Shown here: positions 57,314 through 64,000 of the stretch, piece after piece | Numbering within the stretch: position 1 is the stretch's first letter | How the letters are laid out: each line of letters starts with the position of its first letter | Virus record (IMG/VR): IMGVR_UViG_3300032315_001715 | Coordinates: 310,001 to 374,000 of that record | Strand: one strand, 5' to 3' | DNA length: 64,000 bases | The notes under the pieces: generated by a model | The model's database searches: none | What the model was told of the DNA's origin: nothing | What the model saw: only the letters and a program-made list of their open reading frames with translations | Translations under genes and position numbers: made by a program

Positions 57314-57341
57314 TTGACCGATTGATCATTTGTGCTATAGT
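57314..57341 (+). promoter_or_regulatory. sigma70-type promoter
   Basis: TTGACC-N16-TATAGT. Confidence 0.7.
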
Positions 57342-57374
57342 GATCCATGTAACGATGGGAAAGACCGCAAGCTG

Positions 57375-57647
57375 ATGCACGACAATTCACATGACGCCAC
57401 GGAAAGCCGCGTGGCACAATGGATCAACGCCAGGACAGGTCTGGGTAGCGGGAACGATCCAGTTGGTTTTGTGCTGGCCAGCTACGATCTCAAGATCCAG
57501 GAAATGGCTGAGATGCGGACAAAGCTTGCAGCCCTTGAAGAAATACTAGCCATGACGGCAAAGGTCTGCGGTCGCAACAACTGCAACTGCCCTCGATCCG
57601 ACCAGGTTAAAAAGCTGGTAAACGCATACATGGAGAAATTCGCATGA
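57375..57647 (+). CDS. hypothetical protein
   Basis: Start after promoter; coupled to rpiB. Confidence 0.55.
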   Translation: MHDNSHDATESRVAQWINARTGLGSGNDPVGFVLASYDLKIQEMAEMRTKLAALEEILAMTAKVCGRNNCNCPRSDQVKKLVNAYMEKFA

Positions 57648-58126
57648 ATCTTGAGGAATATCGCAATGACACCAATCGTGGGTTCATCGTGGCCGTGGCC
57701 AGTGACCATGCTGGCGTTGACATGCGGGTGGCGATCAGGGATCTTTTGAGAAGTACCGGAGCTCGCGGTCATTACGTGATTGATTTTGGTCCGATGCCCG
57801 TCGACGGTCGTGTTGACTATCCGGATTATGCGGCCAAGGTGGCGGAGAGCGTGCTCTCCGGTGAAGCTGATCGAGGCATCCTCATCTGCGGATCCGGCAT
57901 CGGCATGAGCATGGCAGCCAATCGGCACAAGGGTATCCGTTGTGCCATGGTCAGCGATGTCACCTCTGCACGTCTCAGCAGGCAACACAACAATGCCAAC
58001 ATCCTTGCGCTTGGTGCTCGGCTAATCGGCCCTGATCTTGCCTGGGCAATCGTAGAGGAATGGCTCAAGACACCATATGAGGGCGGCAGGCATGACCAGC
58101 GCATCGCCAAGATGGATGTTATGTGA
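57644..58126 (+). CDS. rpiB: ribose-5-phosphate isomerase B
   Basis: SDHAG, DYPD, ICGSGIGMSMAANR, HNNANILALG, GGRH..RI. Confidence 0.95.
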   Translation: MNLEEYRNDTNRGFIVAVASDHAGVDMRVAIRDLLRSTGARGHYVIDFGPMPVDGRVDYPDYAAKVAESVLSGEADRGILICGSGIGMSMAANRHKGIRCAMVSDVTSARLSRQHNNANILALGARLIGPDLAWAIVEEWLKTPYEGGRHDQRIAKMDVM

Positions 58127-58437
58127 TGACCTCGGTAACGGAATGGCCAAAGCCCGTGTCGGACGAACTGGTGGCACGACAGCGTGAGCATTTGGAAAAT
58201 ATTGGTGGCAAGGTCACTGAAGGCCTGCGCAAAGCATTGGGGGCAGCACCCATCCCAACATCAACCAAAGCTTCACGGATGAAAGAGCTGCGTGATACGC
58301 TTGGTATCAGCGTGCAAGAAGCCAAGCGACAGGTGATCAGGGAAGACACACTTGCTGCCATTGATGGTGCTGAAACCATGGAAGATGTCAAGGCCATGCT
58401 CAAGACCATCGTGGAACACTGGCACATGAAATCCTAG
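58123..58437 (+). CDS. hypothetical protein
   Basis: Overlap-coupled; ends in TAG. Confidence 0.6.
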   Translation: MMTSVTEWPKPVSDELVARQREHLENIGGKVTEGLRKALGAAPIPTSTKASRMKELRDTLGISVQEAKRQVIREDTLAAIDGAETMEDVKAMLKTIVEHWHMKS

Positions 58438-58444
58438 GTGGTTT

Positions 58445-58864
58445 CTAGCGAAACCATCCAACTGGCAGTCCATTGGCAATTCTGTGCTGCCATTCTTCCA
58501 CGGTGCCGGGATATCTCCAAGCCCACACTGCTACCATCAGCATGAACGCACCTAGGCCTGCGACCAACAAGATGTTACCCGTGGTCAAATAAAGCGTGAT
58601 CAAGCTGATGTCCATTGTTATCACCATCATCCACTTGGCACGGGTGGGAAACACACGCTTTTCGCTCCAGTTCCTGAGGAATGGACCAAACAGCCGATGA
58701 TTCATGATCCAATCGTGCCATCGTTTTGAACCCTTGGCAAAGCAAAATGCTGCCGCAACGGTGGGAGTGCTCCAGGGTATCCCCGGCGTTATAATACCGA
58801 TGTATGCAATGCCTAGGAAGATGAATCCAAGGCACATCCAGAAAATCTTTTTGATTCGTTCCAT
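58445..58864 (-). CDS. DUF454/YbaN family membrane protein
   Basis: IGIITPGIPWSTP..AAAFCFAKGSKRWHDW..NH..FGP; start 58864 after TAAATA. Confidence 0.85.
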   Translation of the reverse strand: MERIKKIFWMCLGFIFLGIAYIGIITPGIPWSTPTVAAAFCFAKGSKRWHDWIMNHRLFGPFLRNWSEKRVFPTRAKWMMVITMDISLITLYLTTGNILLVAGLGAFMLMVAVWAWRYPGTVEEWQHRIANGLPVGWFR

Positions 58865-58941
58865 GTGTGTATTTACGATGTTGTTGACAACCATCGAGAT
58901 GCGTGCTTTAATCTACATGGATATCAATCGTAGGATTACAA

Positions 58942-59691
58942 ATGAAACCTCTCTATAACATCAACGGCCTTGTCCATTGGACGCAACGTGAAATCTCAAT
59001 GCGGGAAGCCATGCAAGAGAGATTTGCCGCGGAGGTGTTTGAGTGGCTTCGTGGAACCAATCCTGCTTGGCGGTTCGATCGCGTGGAAGCGCCCATCATG
59101 ATTCCCCGCACAATGATCAACCCTAACTACACCAACGACGATCTCTGGGTGTTTGAACGGCACGACGAGCACGAGCCTGAGCTGGTGGCACGACCAGAAA
59201 CCACACCCAGCACCTATGCCTGGATGGTTGACCAGCTGCAAGGCCACAACGGCATCCGCCTTCCCTGGTGCGTGTGGCAAAGCGGCAAGAGCTTCCGTGC
59301 TGAGCAGGACCAGGTGCTGAAGAACATGCGCCTCAAGGAATTCTACCAGATGGAATTCCAGTGCGCTTACTCCTCGGACACCGCCAACGACTATCATGCC
59401 GACTGCCTTGAACCCATGCGCAAGATGCTAGGGTCGGCGCTGGGCCTGCCCACCCGCGTGATTGCCAGCGACCGGCTGCCCAGCTACAGTGAAATCACCA
59501 TGGACGTGGAGGTGGATACCGGTGAGCGTTGGATGGAGGTTTGCTCTATCAGCCGTCGCACGGACTTTCCCATCAGGAACCGTTACCAGGGCAAGAAGGG
59601 CATCGTGGAGACCGACATCATGGTGCTTGAGATCGCCATTGGACTTGATCGCTGCGTGAACGCACGTACCATCGCTAACAGTCTGATCTAA
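58942..59691 (+). CDS. alpha2-type glycyl-tRNA synthetase-like catalytic core, no anticodon-binding domain
   Basis: ARPETT, motif 2 QSGKSFRAE...RLKEFYQMEFQ, WMEVCSISRRTDF, motif 3 EIAIGLDR, then ends. Confidence 0.8.
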   Translation: MKPLYNINGLVHWTQREISMREAMQERFAAEVFEWLRGTNPAWRFDRVEAPIMIPRTMINPNYTNDDLWVFERHDEHEPELVARPETTPSTYAWMVDQLQGHNGIRLPWCVWQSGKSFRAEQDQVLKNMRLKEFYQMEFQCAYSSDTANDYHADCLEPMRKMLGSALGLPTRVIASDRLPSYSEITMDVEVDTGERWMEVCSISRRTDFPIRNRYQGKKGIVETDIMVLEIAIGLDRCVNARTIANSLI

Positions 59692-59700
59692 GGAAAACAA

Positions 59701-60093
59701 GTGATGAGCAAATGGATTATCTCTCCTGCCGTGAAGAAGAACATTGAAGAAAACTCCATGTGGACTAAAAACGGCCAAACGATCTGCAGGATCGAATGGT
59801 ATCGCTGGGGATCATGGAGCATGGAATCAGATCAACGCCCTGATGTTGATCTGGACAATCCCGATGGCTACGATGTCTATGGTTCCGATTACGATTGGGA
59901 GCTGGTTGATATGACCGACGGGGTCTCCGCGGAATGGGAATTCCCCGATGATATGGACGCTGCTGAACAAACTCGGATAGAAGAGCTCTACGACGAAGAG
60001 GGGTATTCGGGGCTTGAGGAGGATGGCTGGGATAATTCAGAAACCGAGGTTTTCATCCACGGGCTGCTTGAACTCACGGTCGAAACCGATTGA
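59701..60093 (+). CDS. acidic hypothetical protein
   Basis: AAGGA RBS; Trp/Asp/Glu rich. Confidence 0.65.
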   Translation: MMSKWIISPAVKKNIEENSMWTKNGQTICRIEWYRWGSWSMESDQRPDVDLDNPDGYDVYGSDYDWELVDMTDGVSAEWEFPDDMDAAEQTRIEELYDEEGYSGLEEDGWDNSETEVFIHGLLELTVETD

Positions 60094-60118
60094 CAATTCT
60101 GCGCATGCGTGTTATTGT
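60090..60118 (+). promoter_or_regulatory. sigma70-type promoter
   Basis: TTGACA-N17-TATTGT. Confidence 0.65.
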
Positions 60119-60145
60119 CATGCTTGAGAACATAGGAAGAACAAC

Positions 60146-61402
60146 ATGAGCACATTTTCCTGCCCGCTGGTTCGGGTATCCGAGGTCATTGACCATCCCA
60201 ATGCCGACCGGCTCAGTATCGTCAAGCTGGAAGGTCTGGGTTATACCTGCATCAGCGGCAAGCTGGAGGACGGTAGCCCGCGCTACAAGGCGGGAGACTG
60301 GGTGGTTTACATTCCCAGCGCCGCCATTTTGCCTGAATACCTGCTCAAGGAAATGGATTTCTGGAATGCAGAAACCCGCAAGGGTATGCTAGCAGGCAGC
60401 AACGGCGATCGGGTAAAGCCTCTCCGTTTGCGAGGCATCTTCAGCGAGGGTGTGCTGTATCCAGCATCAGTCACTGTGAATGACAACACTGAGATGATGC
60501 CTGAAGGTTATCTGCGCCGATACTGGCAAGTGGCCCTAGGAGAAAGCGATGGCGAGCTTTTGATGCGCATCGTGCGGCTCATGCCCGTGAATAAGCTGGA
60601 GGCTGTTGAGAGTATTGCCGGGCGCGATATGAGCGAACGTCTGGGCATCACCAAGTACGAGCCGCCCATCCCAGTCCACATGGCGGGTGAGGTAGCCAAC
60701 CTGTTTGACCACACCGTGCGCTACGATTTTGAGCGACTGGAGAGCGTGCCTGACATGTTTGCTTCAGACATGACGGTAACGGCCACTGAAAAGCTGCACG
60801 GAACCTTTTGCGCCATTGTCTATGAGCCTGGGCTAAACCACGCCGAGATGTTTGGCACCAACGGTGACATCATCGTCCACAGCAAGGGTCTCGGTGGTCA
60901 GGGCCTGGCGTTCAAGAACAACGCAGCCAATGACGGTAACCTCTATGTCAAGACCCTGCGCAAGCTGCTTGGTGACGGTCTGGAAGATCGCTTTCGCACC
61001 CTGGCCACCAGCTATGCTGGCAAGCGTTATGCCATCCTGGGCGAGATCTATGGAAAGGGTGTGCAGGACCTAGCCTATGGCACCAAGGAGCCTGAGTTCC
61101 GCATGTTTGATGTGATGGTGGATGATATCTTCCTACCACAGGACGAGCTGGGATTTGATCATTCATTGCATGGCATCCCGTTTGCACCCGTCCTCTACAA
61201 TGGACCGTTTAACATTGAGGCGCTTACCGCGGTGCGAGACGGCAAGACAACTGTAGGCGGAGATAACATCCGCGAAGGCATCGTGGTGCGTGCGGGTTGG
61301 TGGCAGCGCCATCCCATTCATGGTCGTCGGATCGCCAAGATGATCAGCCCTGACTACCTCTTGCGCAAGGTCAAGGGTGGCGAAGCAACGGAATATACCT
61401 AA
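60146..61402 (+). CDS. RNA ligase (DRB0094/Rnl5 family)
   Basis: HPNADRL OB-like N-domain, LRGIFSEG, TEKLHGT, GEIYG, FDV, REGIV, KMISPDYL. Confidence 0.9.
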   Translation: MSTFSCPLVRVSEVIDHPNADRLSIVKLEGLGYTCISGKLEDGSPRYKAGDWVVYIPSAAILPEYLLKEMDFWNAETRKGMLAGSNGDRVKPLRLRGIFSEGVLYPASVTVNDNTEMMPEGYLRRYWQVALGESDGELLMRIVRLMPVNKLEAVESIAGRDMSERLGITKYEPPIPVHMAGEVANLFDHTVRYDFERLESVPDMFASDMTVTATEKLHGTFCAIVYEPGLNHAEMFGTNGDIIVHSKGLGGQGLAFKNNAANDGNLYVKTLRKLLGDGLEDRFRTLATSYAGKRYAILGEIYGKGVQDLAYGTKEPEFRMFDVMVDDIFLPQDELGFDHSLHGIPFAPVLYNGPFNIEALTAVRDGKTTVGGDNIREGIVVRAGWWQRHPIHGRRIAKMISPDYLLRKVKGGEATEYT

Positions 61403-61635
61403 TGGCAGGGAAAGGCACGGTCCTTGTGTGCGACGGAGACGGATACGGCGATTGCGGTGAGCCTGCGCTTTATGTCAGGCACACGCAGTTCGCCGGTAGC
61501 CACCCTTTCTGCATGTTACACGCCTTGGCCGAACGGGATTTCATGCAGTCTGATTCATACCAGTTCTGGGAAAAGCTTGGTCCTGGAACGGAAACCAACC
61601 AACAGACAGATGATGGGAAAAAAGACAGATGCTGA
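61402..61635 (+). CDS. small Cys/His-containing hypothetical protein
   Basis: C..C...TQFAGSHPFC..H. Confidence 0.6.
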   Translation: MAGKGTVLVCDGDGYGDCGEPALYVRHTQFAGSHPFCMLHALAERDFMQSDSYQFWEKLGPGTETNQQTDDGKKDRC

Positions 61636-61877
61636 CCGTCAAGGAACTCATTGCCGAACTATCACTGCTTGATCCAGACGCCGTGGTGATCATGCAGCGC
61701 GACGGCGAGGGCAACGGCTACTCACCATGCTCTGGTGCCGAGGGCAATGGTGCATGGGATCGCAAGGAGCGTGAGTATGGTTACGCAACCCTTACTCCCG
61801 CGCTTGAAGAATCCGGATACTCTGAAGAAGATGTCATCGCCGGGGTCCCTGCGGTGGTGATCTATCCGGCATATTAA
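61629..61877 (+). CDS. hypothetical protein
   Basis: MLTVKELIAELSLLDPDA...DGEGNGYSP, common phage family. Confidence 0.7.
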   Translation: MLTVKELIAELSLLDPDAVVIMQRDGEGNGYSPCSGAEGNGAWDRKEREYGYATLTPALEESGYSEEDVIAGVPAVVIYPAY

Positions 61878-61923
61878 GATGGCTGCTGGTGTTTGATAAG
61901 ATTTTTATATTGTTGGGAGCAAC

Positions 61924-62376
61924 GTGATGAAGAAGAAAGCTGTGATTAAAACTCTCAGTGCTGGGGTGATTGTCACCGATGGTGCCCAACTGCTGCTAGG
62001 ACATGTTACCGGATCTCGCCATTGGGACATTCCCAAGGGCAAGGTGGATCCTGGCGAATCCGAAATTGATGGTGCGGTGCGCGAGCTATACGAGGAAACC
62101 AGCATGGTGGTTGACCCCGCCGTGCTGGTAGGGCTCGGTACCTTTCCTTACAAGCGAACCAAGGATCTCAGCCTTTGGCTGTATCGCACTGACATCATGC
62201 CTGATCCCAAAACATTGGACTGTCTCAGCACCTTTGACTCTGGCAAGGGCGCAATGAAAAAGGAAATGGATGCGTTTGCGGTGGTGTCATGGGATAATGC
62301 CCGAAATTACGTGATCCCGGACATGTGGGCGGTGCTGGAAAAGGTCAAGGCACTGATCGATGGCAAGAAAGCCTAA
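61924..62376 (+). CDS. NUDIX hydrolase
   Basis: WDIPKGKVDPGESEIDGAVRELYEET. Confidence 0.9.
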   Translation: MMKKKAVIKTLSAGVIVTDGAQLLLGHVTGSRHWDIPKGKVDPGESEIDGAVRELYEETSMVVDPAVLVGLGTFPYKRTKDLSLWLYRTDIMPDPKTLDCLSTFDSGKGAMKKEMDAFAVVSWDNARNYVIPDMWAVLEKVKALIDGKKA

Positions 62377-62887
62377 AACTTCCCCGTCGACGCACGCATT
62401 TATTGTGTTAATGGGATGCGTGATACTGCATTTTCAGGTGGCTATGTTTGCACCAGATACTGTGTTTTGGTCGATTGTTTACGTAAGCCTAGCAGTTATT
62501 ACCATGATCCTAGCGATAGCTCCTTTTGTTGTCTCACGACGATGGGCAGTTTTGATCCTATCATGCTTTTATAGAAACTCCGTTCCGGTAGAGCTCATTG
62601 ACCATGAAGGTGATCGGTATTATAGCCTTGCTGGTACCGATTCTGATGGACGGCTCGCGGCCCCGGTTCATTGGTCAACAAACATTGGGCATTGCATGCT
62701 CAATGACGATGGCCGTGTTGATCCACGAAGCGACTCCTCATATGTGTATCTTTGGGCTCCGTTGCGGCGGAAAGAGCGTGTCTTCCATATGCTGCGGAAT
62801 GATTTTCCCGACCTTGCCCAGCTGGACGAGCTTGACGTGCAGGAATGCCGTGTTATTATGAGGAACGCTTACAAAAACGGAGATTAA
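62360..62887 (+). CDS. membrane hypothetical protein
   Basis: Two N-terminal TM helices. Confidence 0.6.
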   Translation: MARKPKTSPSTHAFIVLMGCVILHFQVAMFAPDTVFWSIVYVSLAVITMILAIAPFVVSRRWAVLILSCFYRNSVPVELIDHEGDRYYSLAGTDSDGRLAAPVHWSTNIGHCMLNDDGRVDPRSDSSYVYLWAPLRRKERVFHMLRNDFPDLAQLDELDVQECRVIMRNAYKNGD

Positions 62888-62889
62888 CG

Positions 62890-63702
62890 ATGATCGGTGA
62901 TGCACTTGGCGACCGCATGAAAACCTACGAAGCACAGGAAACCGCCCGTCGGTTCCTTCCTGGTTTGCCCATTTATGCCCGCATTGACGGGCGTGGATTC
63001 AGCAAGTTCACCAAGGGCATGCAACGTCCGTATGATCCTCGCATGAGCGCTGCCATGGTCGACGCTACCAAGACGCTGGTTGAGCAAACCCATGCAACCA
63101 TTGGATATGTGCAAAGCGACGAGATCAGCCTCGTCTGGATCCCCACGGAGAACGGACACGGGTGGTTTGATGGCAAGACCATGAAGATGGCCAGCGTTCT
63201 AGCCGGCCTCACCACGGCGTCGTTCATCGGGGCAATGGCGGATCATTTTGATGACTGGGAAATGCTGTTGTTCAAGCTGCCGCACTTTGACGCCCGCGTG
63301 ATCAGCATGCCTAGTGAAACGGAAGCGGCTAACATGCTGCTGTGGCGAAACCTCGATGCTACCAAGAATGCCGTTAGCATGGCCGCAAGCCACTACTACA
63401 GCCACAAGGAGCTACACGGCAAGAACGGCAGCGAAAAGCAGGAGATGCTATTCCAAAAGGAGGTGAATTTCAACGATTATCCCTTTTTCTTCAAACGTGG
63501 AACGTTTGTTCGTCGGATGGCCACGGAGCGCACGCTCACTACCGACGAACTTGCTCGCATCCCGGAGAATCATCGGCCGTCAGCCGATCAACTCCTGGTG
63601 AGGACCGAGGTTGTTGATTTTGATCTTCCTCCTCTCAATCGGATCTCAAACCGTACCGATGTTTTGTTCCGTGCTGCCGATGTGGTGGTAAATATCGGGT
63701 AA
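62890..63702 (+). CDS. thg1: tRNA-His guanylyltransferase-like protein (Thg1/TLP)
   Basis: GDRMKTYE, RIDGRGFSKFT, YVQSDEISL, FDAR, KNAVSM. Confidence 0.92.
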   Translation: MIGDALGDRMKTYEAQETARRFLPGLPIYARIDGRGFSKFTKGMQRPYDPRMSAAMVDATKTLVEQTHATIGYVQSDEISLVWIPTENGHGWFDGKTMKMASVLAGLTTASFIGAMADHFDDWEMLLFKLPHFDARVISMPSETEAANMLLWRNLDATKNAVSMAASHYYSHKELHGKNGSEKQEMLFQKEVNFNDYPFFFKRGTFVRRMATERTLTTDELARIPENHRPSADQLLVRTEVVDFDLPPLNRISNRTDVLFRAADVVVNIG

Positions 63703-63854
63703 CACAACCAGAGGACAACGCCGTGCATGCAACATCACCTAGCGTAAACCCGTTGACATGGTCATAACGCTAGGTCGATCTCTATGGAAAATCGCGTTTA
63801 TCCAACATATATTTTCAATGAGATCAACAAGTTAATCTCAGCACCATCTAGCTC

Positions 63855-64000
63855 ATGCAGCATGGTAGCAATGTGACTAATCATACATCCTCAACCTGGT
63901 GCGGTCGCTTGTTTGGTGACTACCTGATGAATTGGTCACAGGGACAGTGGAGGTCCTGCTGCAAGATGCCCTGGGATGTTGTTCAATCTCACGGCACTTC
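63855..64000 (+). CDS. partial ORF, possible twitch-type radical SAM N-terminus
   Basis: TWCGRLFGDYLMNWSQGQWRSCCKMPW resembles the N-terminus of 22757-24151; runs off right edge. Confidence 0.4.
   Translation, partial: MQHGSNVTNHTSSTWCGRLFGDYLMNWSQGQWRSCCKMPWDVVQSHGT

Overview
A 64-kb segment of a large (jumbo-type) tailed dsDNA phage. The host is probably an alphaproteobacterium, inferred from an alphaproteobacterial-like RpoD. Genes are densely packed on both strands and read cleanly in the standard code. Two promoter classes recur: sigma70-type TTGAC-N16/18-TATAAT and a T4-late-like (A)TAAATA. Recognisable content includes a DUF350/DUF1190/glutathionylspermidine-synthase module, DNA ligase, vWA protein and a RyR-domain/heme oxygenase/PcyA-like operon. 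It also holds a secreted nuclease, spanins and holin, a 10-kb glyco-modification cluster, RpoD and oxidative-stress genes (SOD, AhpC, Dps). Further along are ClpP, SpeD, IscA, tail/adhesin genes, a NadM-Nudix + NAMPT NAD salvage pair, RpiB, a truncated GlyRS-like enzyme, RNA ligase and a Thg1-like protein. Two observations stand out. (1) A ~450-nt intergenic element occurs in two diverged copies 50 kb apart (4535-4995 minus; 54870-55330 plus) with identical blocks and many compensatory helix changes, i.e. a large structured ncRNA I cannot assign. (2) There are scattered parts that could manipulate stop codons: two tandem CUA-anticodon tRNAs, an amber mini-ORF over their terminator, a release-factor gene remnant and a GlyRS core lacking its anticodon-binding domain. 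All family calls come from motif recognition by eye; no database search was run.
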